Assembly (NCBI GenBank): GCA_018398765.1
Contig: JAHBMJ010000310.1
Span: forward strand, 1 to 64,000
Length of the DNA stretch: 64,000 nt
Source: Chromera velia
Taxonomy: Eukaryota
Direction: 5' to 3'
A program made the position numbers and the translations under genes. Each line of letters opens with the position of its first letter. Position 1 is the stretch's first letter. Positions 25,401 to 38,202 of the stretch are shown here, one piece after another. A model generated the notes under the pieces. It was not told the DNA's origin. It was given only the letters and a program-made list of their open reading frames with translations, and did not search any database.

Positions 25401-27135
25401 GTACGCAAATGCACAGGCAAAAGACAGACGGACAGACACAGACAGACACAGGCAGGCAGACCGATGCCCAGGCATACCGACCTCTCGTGTGTCATCAGCC
25501 CAAGCACTCTCAAGACGACCTTTCGCTTCCACCGAAACCATTTTGGAGAGTCGTCCCACTGTCTGTACAAACCGCGCGTGTGCCTTCCTCTCCAAGTCTC
25601 TCACCAAGATCCCACCCCTTGGGTCGGTTCCCCTCGCCCCCGAGGGGCCTGCTGCAGGCGCCCCCGTGCCGCCCCTAATTTCCATCAGGGGGTGCAACTG
25701 GGACGGCAGCCTCAGGATTTCCTCCAGGGCGATGGAGCACGGCTGTGCATCGTTGCGGATGGCTGCATGCAGGGGGAGCAACCCATGCTTGTCGGGCTCG
25801 AGGAAGACACTCTCGAAACCGTATCTGCACGCAGGCAGGCACACACGTGGATGTAAATGCATAAACACACTTACTTCCACACAGGATGTTTGCCGTTTCT
25901 ATTTTCTGATTCAATTTCCACCTTGTGCCTGCCACCCGTCCACCGGCCCTTGATGCTTTCCTTCCTTTCTTCCTTCTTTCCTTCCTTCTTTCCTTCCTTC
26001 CTTCCTCCCTTCCTTCCTTCCTTCCTTCCTTCCTTCTTTCCTTCTTTCCTTCCTTCTTTCCTTCTTTCCTTCCTTCCTTCCTTCCTTCCTTGCTTCCTTC
26101 CTTCCTTCCTTCCTTCCTTCCTTCCAGCCCACCTGAGGGTCTCCATGAAGGCGCGTAACGCGGCTTCTGCGTGGGTCTCGGTGATCCCCCCAAAGCACGC
26201 GAGGCGCAAGGTGTCAGCCAGGTCCATAGGGACTCTAGGAGGTCCGTTGTCAAAAGGAGAGAATCGCCCCTGCAGTCCCCCCACCTGCCGGCACCTCTCT
26301 GCCCTCTCTCGAGGAGTTGGACGGGGCAGGCCCATCATCAGTCGTTGGAACAGACACCCGGCGTCTGCCTCTGCCTCAATCTGGATGAACAGGGTGATCA
26401 AACGGAGAAGACCGAAGTGACCCCTGCACGCACACACACACACACACACACACGCACACACACACACACACACACACGCACGCACGCACGCACGAGCACA
26501 CAGAAAGAGTTTGTTGGCCTGTTTAACAGTATGGCACGGACCAAAACATGGACAAGAGACGGTTTCCAGGTGGCATGCCCGCCTGATGGATTGACAAATT
26601 GAGGACTGACCGCGCAGCTGCATAGAAAGCCGGTGTGCGTCCAAGTTCATCTTGCATGAATGCCAGAGACATCCCCGAGTGTCTCAAGAGCACCCCCGCC
26701 GTTCGTGCGCTCCCGTGGAAGCACGCAACATGCAGCGCATTCCTCCCCTTGCCGTCTGTCTGAAAACGAAACCCCGAGTCTTTCTCTGCACCCCTCCCGC
26801 CCCCCCCACTCAACCAGGCGTCTGCGAGTGAGTGGAGGTCCAGGGCTGCAATGGCAAGGAGGGGAAGGGCGTCGAGGGCCTTGGAGGGATCGGAGAGACG
26901 AACACCAGGGATCACTGGGGGCCGCAGTATCACCTGCATGCATGCGCATAGACAGATGAAGACTCATCCGCGACTTACATAACAAGCTTACAGTTACGAA
27001 TGCACACAGTTGGATATTTCTTAAGAGTTTGAGAAAAGAGCGGAGGGAGACTGCTGGCAACAGAGGTGCTTGACATTCGAAGGGGAATGCGAGATCATGA
27101 ACACAGAACACACACACACACACACACACACGCAC

Positions 27136-27170
<35 letters not shown>

Positions 27171-27733
27171 AAGTTTTTTAACGGCTTCTTTCGCTAGCTA
27201 TCTTTGACAACAAGAGTCCACACCACGGAAGAGAGAAACAGGTCACTCTGCCCTTTGAATTGCTCCTCGTGTGTGAGGGACTTGACTTTGAGCTGCTTGC
27301 CTGACCTTCCCGTTTGTGCTTTGCTTCTGGTTTTTGTTTTGGTTTTCTTTTTCTTTCCCTGCCCCCTTATGGTCGTGAGGTGTGCTCTTCTTCTTCTCCT
27401 TTGGTTCCTTCACCATTAGCGCGTCCAGACTGCGGAAGAGACAGAGGGGTAGGGGAAAGGAAGCTAAGGGACTCACACAGGCACGCATCATAGATACGGC
27501 GAAGGAAAGAAGTTGATGGCCTGGAATGAGAGAGCAATACAAAGAAAAAACAGGAGAACACATATGTACTTTTATGCACAGTGAGGCCCTCTTCTCTCCT
27601 TGATTCTCCATCTTCAAAAAAAAAATCTAGGACAACAAAATCGCCCCGACAACGATTTTTTTCTAAGAGATTGTGAACAGCACCATGTACACACTTGCAG
27701 CACAAGGCTCTTCAGGGAAGACAAAATGTGCAT

Positions 27734-27769
<36 letters not shown>

Positions 27770-27875
27770 ATCTTGAACAAGGCATATATATAAGGATCTT
27801 GAACAAGGCTTGCATGAACATGGACTGCCAGGAGCTAGGCTCCGACGGCTATAGTCAGTCATTCATTCATTCATT

Positions 27876-27957
<82 letters not shown>

Positions 27958-28590
27958 ATTTTCGGTGAGAGGCATGCAGGGAGTTGTAGGTGCTGACCGA
28001 GAAACAGCGGTGTCTACTTTGTTCAGATGAGAGGCGACCTCGGTGCTGGGGACTCCTTCGGGTAACGCTTGCGAGGCTTCTTTCCTCTTTACGTCTTTCT
28101 CCTCACTCGACTTTGCTGGGCGCACAATCTTTGAAAGCTTCGGGTCTGGGTCATCACGCTTTGGGGGTTTTGCAGAAGAAGTTTTGACCGAACTGGCGTC
28201 GGAAAGTTTGGTGCCCTGCTTCTTTACAGGTGCGAGGGCTGTCGGCTTGTTTTCACTTGTCTTCAGAGGCGCAAGATCAGACCTCTGTGTGTCCTGTTTC
28301 TTGGGTGGGGACACCTGAGAGAGTTTTGCTTCGTCTTTCTTTGACAGGATGAGTTCAGGTTGTTTTGATTTTTCTTTTGTTACCGGCGGAACGTCTTTAC
28401 GAATCGGTGCCTCGACCTTCATCTGTGGAACTGAAGAGAAAGTAGGCTTTGCGACTTCATCCTCCTTTTGTACTGCTGCCGGGGCTTCTTTTTGTTTTGG
28501 CAAGGCAACTGCAGGTTTGTATTGGATTTCAGAGGCGACGTCGGAGTCCTCAAAGTCGTCGTCTGAGTAGTCAGAGTCCAGACCTCCCAT
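20189..28590 (-). CDS. Large multi-exon ankyrin-repeat protein with low-complexity K/E/P/S-rich N-terminus
   Basis: Exon 28590-27998 (MGGLDSDYSDDDFED...) splices in phase to 27429-27306 and then to 26933-26611. Ankyrin motifs across downstream exons: GRNALHVACFHG, GRTPAFYAAAR, GLLPLHAAIRN, GFLPLHYAAFSG, GWTAFHYAAFFG, GRTALHLAAVR, GLTPLLLAAREG, GWTPLMSACSSG, GETCLHLAAR. Last exon ends at the 20189 stop. Internal junctions are only partly verified. Confidence 0.78.
21269..21479. repeat. (CAGT)n microsatellite with GAGT variants, intronic
   Basis: Direct reading. Confidence 0.95.
25957..26125. repeat. (TTCC)n/(TTTC)n microsatellite, intronic
   Basis: Direct reading. Confidence 0.9.
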
Positions 28591-29285
28591 CCTTTTTTTT
28601 CTATGTAAGCGGCTCCGTTGAAGAGCAAAAGATCGGTACCCAGGAAAACAATTCCTGTGATACAATGCAATGCAAGGGAAATAACCTTGCCGCTATGTTT
28701 CAGGGAGTGAACATATATATATACAGGGAGACGGCAGGGGTCCTGGTCTGTCCAATTGTTGTTCTGGCAGCAGTTTCTCTGTCTGGAGTTCCGATGTACG
28801 AGACACTCGCAGGGTTCTCATTGATGCTGTTTTGTGACACTTGAGAGAGAGAGAGACAGAGAGAGAGGGAGATCGCATCGAATTGACACTGCATGTGCAA
28901 TTGTCATGTATGTGCATGCTTCAATGCAGGTGCATGCATGCACTGAGGTAGAAAAAAAAAACTGCAAAAAAGGTGCCATACAGAGCTCCGATTCGATCAG
29001 CCTCCGAAGTGCATGCGTTACGTTTCGCGAGTCTGCCTTGCCTTTCGGGACCGCAAGACCATGCAAGACCTGCTTGAATGACAGTTCGCCTCCTGCTAGC
29101 CGTCTCCAAACTGGCCCAGACATTCATCACCGATAAAGGCCCTTGCCGTTGACTACTTGACCTTGTTTTATTGGCTGCTAGCTCTGCGACTGGAAGTTGG
29201 GTGCTCTTTGAATCTTCTTTGAACCTCTCCAGCTCTTTCTGTTTGTTTGACAGGTTCCGGCCGGACTGAGACGAGAAGAGACAGG

Positions 29286-30318
29286 ATGAAGTATTTGCTA
29301 CTTCTGCTGCTCGGTGCGTTCACCTGGCAGGCCCGAGGAGCATGAAAACGGCCTTTGAACATCCCCAAAGTTAACGCGAGGGACGACAGGCTGGCCAAAA
29401 TCCTGGGGGGGATGCAGGCCGCCGGTTCCTCCGTTGCAAAGCGCCCTGCAGAGTATGCTGCAGGTGCAGTGCTTGCTTTGGGGACTCTGTATACTGTTCG
29501 TGAAGTGCCTCGTACTGGCTTGGTCGTGTCTTCTGCCTCTCCGCACCTGACTGTGTTCAAGCCTCCTGAGAAGTATGTGAGTGGATACCTGAACAAGGTG
29601 ATGACTGCCAAGCCTGCCAAGAAGGAACACCCGTCTTCGTTCGACGAGTTGAAGGAGACGGAGAAAGTCGTGGTTGTCCAGCAAGTGGTCGGGAAGGGAG
29701 AGGAGGCGTTTGAGCGTGCATGTGCGCTTTTGAATTCCCTCAGCTTCGACTCGAAGCAGGAGCAACGGAAGGGGAAGGGGCCCGCGTTTGTCTTCAGAAG
29801 AAACAGCCTTGGAAACAAATTGGCGGCAGTAGTGGTGTCGAAGGGAGCTCTCTTCTGGGAGCTGGTCCCGATGAAATTGGGTTTCTCTGAGAGGGAGGAG
29901 ACGCGGCACGCGATGGGACTGACCGCTGCAAAGGGGGGTGGTTGGGGGGGCGACGTCGGCTTTGAGGTTTCGATCGATGACGATGGAGAGGTGACCCTCA
30001 CTGTGGTGATGTCAAATCAAAGGGGGGATGAGGGAAGGTCAGTGGAGGGAGGGAGGAATGAGGGCTGTGTGTTGACTGTCTTCGATAGGAAAGAGTCTAT
30101 CTGTAGTAGCAGCTGTCAATCTTACAACCGTCGTCCCTGGTCCGTTCTTTGTGTTTTCTGCATATGACGAGCCCCCCCCTGACTTCTGTTCTGTCTGCAG
30201 AAAGAGCGGCTGGTCCCCTTCCGAGAAGTGGGCGCGGGATCTCGCAGTCTCGTTCAAGAAGCGAGTGGGGGAGGAGGTCGAGGAGCTCAGGTTGGTCTTA
30301 AGCATCGTCCGTGCATGA
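29286..30318 (+). CDS. DUF1990/UPF0548-like protein with N-terminal signal peptide, 2 exons, in-frame TGA at codon 20 (possible pseudogene, readthrough or sequence error)
   Basis: ATG 29286 MKYLLLLLLGAFTWQARGA-TGA(29343)-KRPLNIPK... is in frame with ORF 29355. Motifs VGKGEEAFERACALL, LFWELVP and FEVSIDDDGEVTLTV resemble DUF1990. Intron 30038-30200 (gtcagt...ctgcag). Last exon RKSGWSPSEKWARD...IVRA*. Confidence 0.6.
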
Positions 30319-30643
30319 ATCTCTTTCTTTTGCCCTTCGTGACAACGTGACAGGCAGAGATGGCACACAGGTTGAATGTGCAGGCAATGCGTTCACTATC
30401 TTTTCTGTTCGTTTTCGTTTGCATTTTCCCCTCTCCGCATGACGGAATCTTCTGCTGCTGCAGACGGAGGGCCCCTCTTCTCTCTCGGCACGCAGAGGCG
30501 ACAGAGGAGGAGAGGGCGAGAGAAAAGGAGACACGGCAAGAAAGGTTGGTGTGGTGAAAGGGAAGAATATAGGTGGCTGTGTGGCTCGGACTCTGGCCAA
30601 GGGCTGACAGAAACCTCTCCCACAGAGTCATTATAAGAACCTC

Positions 30644-31900
30644 GACATTTCTCTTCCTGATTCTTCAACGGTTGCTTCCAAGACATTTCTCTTCCTGATT
30701 CTTCAACGATTGCTTCCAAGACATTTCTCTTCCTGATTCTTCAACGATTGCTTCCAAGACATTTCTCTTCCTGATTCTTCAACGGTTGCTTCCAAGACAT
30801 TTCTCTTCCTGATTCTTCAACGGTTGCTTCCAAGACATTTCTCTTCCTGATTCTTCAACGGTTGCTTCCAAGACATTTCTCTTCCTGATTCTTCAACGGT
30901 TGGTTCCAAGACATTTCTCTTCCTGATTCTTCAACGGTTGCTTCCAAGACATTTCTCCTCCTGATTCTTCAACGGTTGCTTCCAAGACATTTCTCTTCCT
31001 GATTCTTCAACGGTTGCTTCCAAGACATTTCTCTTCCTGATTCTTCAACGGTTGCTTCCAAGACATTTCTCTTCCTGATTCTTCAACGGTTGCTTCCAAG
31101 ACATTTCTCTTCCTGATTCTTCAACGGTTGCTTCCAAGACATTTCTCTTCCTGATTCTTCAACGGTTGCTTCCAAGACATTTCTCTTCCTGATTCTTCAA
31201 CGGTTGCTTCCAAGACATTTCTCTTCCTGATTCTTCAACGGTTGCTTCCAAGACATTTCTCTTCCTGATTCTTCAACGGTTGCTTCCAAGACATTTCTCT
31301 TCCTGATTCTTCAACGGTTGCTTCCAAGACATTTCTCTTCCTGATTCTTCAACGGTTGCTTCCAAGACATTTCTCTTCCTGATTCTTCAACGGTTGCTTC
31401 CAAGACATTTCTCTTCCTGATTCTTCAACGGTTGCTTCCAAGACATTTCTCTTCCTGATTCTTCAACGGTTGCTTCCAAGACATTTCTCTTCCTGATTCT
31501 TCAACGGTTGCTTCCAAGACATTTCTCTTCCTGATTCTTCAACGGTTGCTTCCAAGACATTTCTCTTCCTGATTCTTCAACGGTTGCTTCCAAGACATTT
31601 CTCTTCCTGATTCTTCAACGGTTGCTTCCAAGACATTTCTCTTCCTGATTCTTCAACGGTTGCTTCCAAGACATTTCTCTTCCTGATTCTTCAACGGTTG
31701 CTTCCAAGACATTTCTCTTCCTGATTCTTCAACGGTTGCTTCCAAGACATTTCTCTTCCTGATTCTTCAACGGTTGCTTCCAAGACATTTCTCTTCCTGA
31801 TTCTTCAACGGTTGCTTCCAAGACATTTCTCTTCCTGATTCTTCAACGGTTGCTTCCAAGACATTTCTCTTCCTGATTCTTCAACGACTGCTTCCAAGAC
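30644..31900. repeat. Minisatellite, 38-bp unit GACATTTCTCTTCCTGATTCTTCAACGGTTGCTTCCAA, ~33 copies
   Basis: Head-to-tail copies with no spacers. Only a few single-base variants, in copies near the array ends. Confidence 0.97.
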
Positions 31901-34334
31901 GAAACATCTGCACTGTCCTTCTCGGAGGGACCACAAGTCTGCATGTGGACGGCAGAGAGCAGCATGAGCGGGCAATTGTTATCATTGGTTGCAGCAGAAT
32001 GTCCTTTGCTGTGTTCAGTGCATACAGATTGGAAGTAAGGGTGTCATTCGGATTTGCCCGCCTTTGTGTTTGTGACTTGCTTGTCACGAGTTGCCTTCGT
32101 TGGGGCATCAGATCCCCCCACTTCGTTCGTTTTCAGGCAGCAATTATTCGGTGGAGGATTAATTGCGTTTCCGTTCTGCTCCATGCTCTTTCTCTGCAGG
32201 CAAATCGAAGGGGCCGGAGGGAAGCGCCATGCTCGAAAAGAGTAAAGGGCGAGAGACGGAAGGAGAAAAAGGAGGCGATTGTTGCAAGATCATCAGATCA
32301 ATCTGGGAAGGGAGGAAGGGCTGAATGGTCGTTCTCTCTCCCTCTTTGCATGAATGCGTGTAAAAATCAGTGTACACATATTTAATCAAAAGAACAAAGG
32401 GGCGATGATCAAGTGTCTGCCTGCGTGCGTGACTTGTGAATCAGTGGACAGAGAGGGAGAGAGAGTGCCCTGTCTGTCTGTTTATGTGCGGGGGTGGGTC
32501 TCTCCCCGCCTTTCACGGCTGTTTTGTTTTTTGGATTCTTTTTTTTAAGTGAGTGGGTGAGTGGATGCATTGAATACAACCAGCCGGGTTTCAGATTAGA
32601 CGAAAAATCAGATGAGCTCTTCAAAGGAGACTCAAGAAAAAGAATGCGTGCGCACGTGCACCCAGCGTCAGAGTGGACCCCCCCTCTCGCTCTGTCGTCC
32701 CTCCCGCCTTTCGTCGTTTGAGATCTTCACACACTTTCTCTCTCTTCTCTGGATCAAGAAGGAAGAAGCATGCAGTGGACTGGAATGACACTGTGAAGAG
32801 GAGACACGACGAAAGATGCAGGGCCAAGTTGTTCGTTGCGTTTGTTGTCCTTTCTTTTCTTCGTTTCTGCTGCTGAATATGTCAAAGTGTTCCATCTACC
32901 CCGTGTCTTTCAAGCCTCACGTGCGTCGTTGCATGGCAGCAGCTAGAGAAGGGAAAAGGATGGACAGCCTCGCGCCGTGGCCTTTGAAGAAGCCCCCCTC
33001 AGAAAGCGCACTAGCGTTGGAGGTTTGTTTGGTGCATCCTTGTGCGCCTGCCTGGATTCGTCCGTGCTGAGCAGGTGCACGTGCATGCGCAAAACAGGGG
33101 CTGAATAGTGATGGAAGGGGAACGCGGGTCTTTGAATCGCGGCCTTCTCTTACTCGATCTCTTATTTTTCTTCTCTTTCCATTCTGTGCTCGGGTTGCTG
33201 TCTTCACTTCACCCCAATCTCGCGGTCGCACAGAGGGCAAGGGGGAAGAAGCTGAAGGGAGGAGAGGAGGAGGAAGCACAGACCCCTGCTGTGCCTTGCC
33301 ATGGCGCGACAACGGAGAATTTTGTGGGTTGTATTGGTTATGCACGCATTCAGAGTCAAGTCGGAGTCTGGCCGGCAGTGTATGTACAGAGCTACAGACG
33401 CCCAACTGTAGGACCCTCGGCCCCGCATCCCCCTAGGCGGCCCCGGGCCCCAAGTTGTTATTTTTGACATGTTAAATAAACTAAACAACCACTAACTAAC
33501 TTTTACCATAAAACGTACTTGCAGGAAGTTAAAGCACTTTCAACTAGTTACAGGTTAAAGGGGGGTACGTCCAGGAGGGCCGCGGATGAAGTCTTTACGG
33601 AGAGTATGATACTACTACACGTTTGGTCTGGTTTAGACTAGGGTTTAGATTATGAAGATTGGTAAAGATACGCGCTAGTAAAATTAAATGGAGATTAATA
33701 CTAAAGTTTTGACCTAATTATTCCATTTTTTGTTTTTCCTTTTAACTGGAAGTTTGAGCCTTAATAGAAGATTAAGAATAAAAAAAACTGAATGGTAAAT
33801 TAAAAAATATAAACTGTTCATGAATTAAAACGTATAGAATATCCGAGAATATCAAACATGAAAGAGTCATATTTCTAGCTGGCTCTAAAGCTGGCCTTGG
33901 TCACTATTACTCTAGCTATTACTATAGCAAAAAAAAAAGAGTTCTACATTGAGTTAAATATTGAATTCAATTGAATTCATACTTACAAATATTTAATTGT
34001 TTACCAATCATTTCTTAAACCATAATCAATACGGCAGTTTTGAGAAAGGTTTTTTTCAAGTTTTTTGTTTTGTTATACACAATTAACTTCCATAGGAGTC
34101 TCCTGCATTTTTTACTCTTCTAGTACGCTCAAGTGCAGTTCTCATTTAATTCCTCTTTGCCACCAATTCGGGCTCTTTTCCCCTTACTTCTCTCTTCTGC
34201 CGTGCACCGCATGAAAAAAACAGGCCGGGACCACAGTGCTTGCACTGATAGGACCTCGGTTTTGCGCGTGCCTCCTCAAATACCTGCAGGACAAAAACAT
34301 AACAGGATGAATCCCTGGTGGACTAGCTGATGGA

Positions 34335-35797
34335 TCAGAAGCTCATTCGAGTTGGAGGGATGGGATTGCCAACCTTCTTCTCCGGAAATCGTCCCTTCAA
34401 GACCAGGTCGCGCAAAATCCCTACATCCTCCTCATTCCACACTGCTCCATTCTCCTTGATCCTCTGAGCGTGTCGCACCATCTTATCCTGAAAAAAGCCT
34501 GTGAGGCTATCTGAATCCTGAATGGAAATGCTCTTGATCGATTCGAGGAACGATAGGGCCTCTTCTTTCCCGATGACGTCAACAAAGAACCGGCAACTCA
34601 GTGCCAACCACTCTCCTTCTTTCACTCCCTTTTGTTCCAAAACCTCCAGCAATCGAGTTTCTTTCAGTTTCACTCCTGCAACTCAAGAGATTTGAATGGA
34701 AAGCAGACGTAAAGAAGTCACACGCGACTGACCAGCCAGTTAAACTTTCCTAAAGCATGGTACTTGCACACTCACTCACTCTCGTACGCAGACTGAAAGG
34801 TTGAGGCCAAACCCTCCATTCGGCAAAGCACTGCCCGAAGGAGGTCTCTTCCCGCTCCGAGTTCGTGCATCGTGTCTGCAATCACCGTCATGCAAAGTGC
34901 CCTTTGTTTTCGAAGAACGCATACAGGCAGGGAGAAGGAAAAGACGACTTTCCGGCCAGTCTGCAAGAAGACAGACCTGCCATCCTCAAGAGAGATTGCT
35001 GATACTCCGTGATTGGAGTCCCTTCCCCTTCTGCATCTAGAAGTGCTGGCATCTACGGGCAAAAGACGACGCATAAGAAAGGAATCTGAATCTTCTTCCC
35101 ATCTGCAGACGATATCAATTGCCACACCAAACTGATCAGACTGGCGGCCTACCATTCTCTTTGCTGATTCGATCCTATCGCCTCCCTGGCTCTTTCTCCT
35201 TTCTCTGTCTACTATCAGGACGTTATAGGAATCCGGTGTCGGAATTCTCTGGAGACCTGCAGCAAAAGGATCAGAGGGCATCTTGAAAGGAAGGCCACGA
35301 AGGGCTGGAGACAATGTCATCTATCAGAAGTCGAAACACCTCACGGTGACTTACTCTTGAGGTGCGGGAAAACGACGTGAACTGATACATCTGTCGAGAG
35401 AGTGCAAGTACTAGAGCCTTCCATACCTGCAGAGGAAAAGCTTGACGGGTTGATCCTCGGCCAGAAATGAAAGACGGGGAGAGAAGAAAGTGAGTCGCAT
35501 TTCCAACAGCTGACCGAGTGTGTCTATAGAGATGGTGGTGTGGTCTAGACCCTGAGAGTTGGAGATTTCGGCCCGGCAATCCTCAAAGGATTCGGGGGCT
35601 GGGAGGCAATGCTTTTCTTCGGCGAGTCTCGATTTGTGCGGCTGAAGAATAAAGGCTTCTTTCATGCTGGCTGTGGGATCTTCTTTCCTGCGCCCGACTT
35701 CGGCTTTCGCAGTGAATCGCACGGCCGGTGCACTCTTCTCAGTCTGCTGTAGCACCGACGCAACAGGCGCAGTTTTCTCAGTGGAGGAGCTCTGCAC
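34335..35797 (-). CDS. Hypothetical multi-exon protein, 5' end uncertain (may extend to ~36200)
   Basis: Coding-like ORF segments 35797-~35550, ~35320-34780 and a terminal exon ~34675-34335 (KLKETRLLEVLEQKGV...LRDLVLKGRFPEKK...). Preceded by cag acceptors. No recognised domain. Confidence 0.45.
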
Positions 35798-36698
35798 GGT
35801 TCCTCCGAAAGAACTCTCCCCACAATTCTCGGTCGAAGCAGAAGCAAAACTGGAGTTTTGTCAGCTCCAGTTGCTCCGGCTTTTAAAGGCAGTGGAGTGC
35901 CTTCGCAAAAGATCGCCTTCAATTTCAGAATCTGTCCAATTCGAGTTTCGAGAAGCAATTAAGCCAGTCTAGCATTCATTGCTGCTGCAAAGTCTAACGA
36001 CGAAGCTGCTTCGCCGGAGAGAAGGTGCACGCAGGATCGATCTGACAGACCAAACCGACCGATGCTTTGGCTCCATCACAAAACGACCGATTCTCTATGG
36101 TCCTGGAAGCATCTCGAATCTTCCCCCTTTCCTTGTGTATGCGGAAATTTCGTCTCCCGTTCTGACCTCTGCAGGCTGACGATCGATCGATCGGGTCGAA
36201 CCGAGTTAGAAACATTGAAGCCATACAAGCCTATATTATTACAAGGAGATATACTGTCACGCGTGCGCATGTTGCATCATGAAACGATTCATGTCGCAGT
36301 TGCAATGTTGCACATGCACCGCTAATTGCATGTTTCGTAAGTGCCCCCCGCTTCGCTTTCCGGGGCCATGCACCCGCCCGGATCCTGCTCGGCCTAATTT
36401 GATCTAATTTGTACGTGAGTTGGCCTATGTTGGCCTATGTTGGCCTAATTTGTACGTGCAGTTGTCATGCAGTCTGTCAAAGTTTTGAAGACAGAAAGCT
36501 GCATACATACTTGCGTGAAGTCACACGATCTCCAAGATTCTTCTTCGGATCTTCGGATCGCATCGGCGCAACGCTTCTTTTTGCACCCCTTCTGAACTCA
36601 ACGTTGAATCCCAAAACGCTGGCAGCCTGCTCAAAGTGCTCAGTTTCTGTACATCAATCTGCTTTGTTTCTGTACCAAGATATTGGTTTCCCTTCAAG

Positions 36699-38165
36699 AT
36701 GGATACTGACGTCGATAATGTCTGGCGAGAGATTCATGCGGACTCCGACCAATTTCAGCGGGCGACAGGATTTTCCCGTTGTTTGGGGGGTGAATTTGAG
36801 GGGGTAGTACTGTCGCCTGAGTGTGTCCCTCCACAGTCACCTCTTTTGCCCCCCACCTATGACCTCTGGCTGGGCCCCCATTCGATCCTTCTCCGTCCGC
36901 AGTACAAGATGACCCGTCACTACCGCCAGCACCGGATTCCGGTCGCGCTGCCTTGCGTTCAGATCCCATTCCAGGATATCCGCTTGATGCGCTTCAGTCA
37001 AGACCCCGACGGCAGCATGGACAAGGTAGGGTCCCTGTTAGCCATTGAGATGGTCAACGGACACGTTTTCTTACTGGCAACTTTGATCAACAACGGGCTT
37101 TGGGGCCGGCGTCTAGTCCGCGCCTTCAGAGAGGTGTTGCAGCAGCAGTCCCGGACCGGCGCCAGGCCCTTCCTTTCATGGAGGTGGTTGGAAGAGCTGC
37201 AGTGGCCCGACTTCCGAGAGAAAACAGAGTACACCGTCAGTCGTGACAGTAACCAGTCGTTCTCTGCACCTGCGGCTGAAGAGCTGCAGCGACTAGAAAG
37301 TCTGTACGACAGCCTTATTCAGGGCCTTCGTGATCGTTTCCCCGGAGAACTGACGACCGAAGGCCTTCAATACCCTTCGTTTCCCTCCGACTGGAGGTTC
37401 CCTCGATCCAGCAGTCTTGCGCGTCTTGACACCCCGCTATGGTTTTTGGTTTTGGAGGCCTGGGTGAAAAGGGCTGCATCTCCAGAGGAGTCCCTTCGAG
37501 TAGCGCAGTCACATGCGGAAAGTACGCGGCTGTTCTCCTACGGAGAGGGTCAGCGTATCAGAACAAATGTGCGTAAGCGAAGCGGTGGTACCCCCACGGT
37601 CTTTGACGATACTCCTTTTATCCCCACGCGTCTGCCGTCAGTCATTTCAGAGAGTGAGGTCAGGTCAGAGACCGCAAGCCGTATGGGCGGCAAAGTTTCC
37701 TTGCCTCCCCCCTCAACTCCCGTCTGCCAGTCACCACCCCAAACACCCCTAAGGACAGAAAGGGGAGGAGATTCTGAAAGAGAGACGCTTGACCCCATCT
37801 CACCGACACGAGTGCCCGACACCTCGAAATTCAATCCCTCTTCTCCCCCGCGGCTCTCGGATTTGGAGTCTTCGGACAAACCGAACAGGTGCGTGTTTGA
37901 TTGAATCCACGATCGCTCCAGGTACGGGCACTATGCACGTTTCCCCTTCTCTCTTTGCTTTTCTCACAGAGAGACACAGAGATCGGCAGACAGGCAGACA
38001 GTCCGAGACAGACGGACAGACAGACAAACAGACAATTGTAAAAACTGCATCCCCTTCCCTTCCTTCCTTGCCTTCGTGTCCGGCCTTCAAGCTTTCCATT
38101 GCCCTCTCAGGTTACGAACGTGAAATATGTGCTGTCTTGTCCGGAGTTCATTCTCCGCTATTCAC

Positions 38166-38202
<37 letters not shown>

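Noticed and set aside
27761..27809. Duplicated tatataaggatcttgaacaaggc
   Set aside because: Simple slippage duplication next to (AT)n in an intron, with no sign of function.
29343..29345. Selenocysteine codon
   Set aside because: The position is at the targeting-peptide junction, not in a redox motif, and I could not recognise a SECIS downstream. A SECIS search would be needed to exclude it fully.
30644..31900. CRISPR array (38-bp repeat length is CRISPR-like)
   Set aside because: Units are head-to-tail with no unique spacers, no cas genes are present and the context is eukaryotic.
31900..33470. Possible gene among many short ORFs
   Set aside because: No coherent exon chain or protein-like sequence found by eye.
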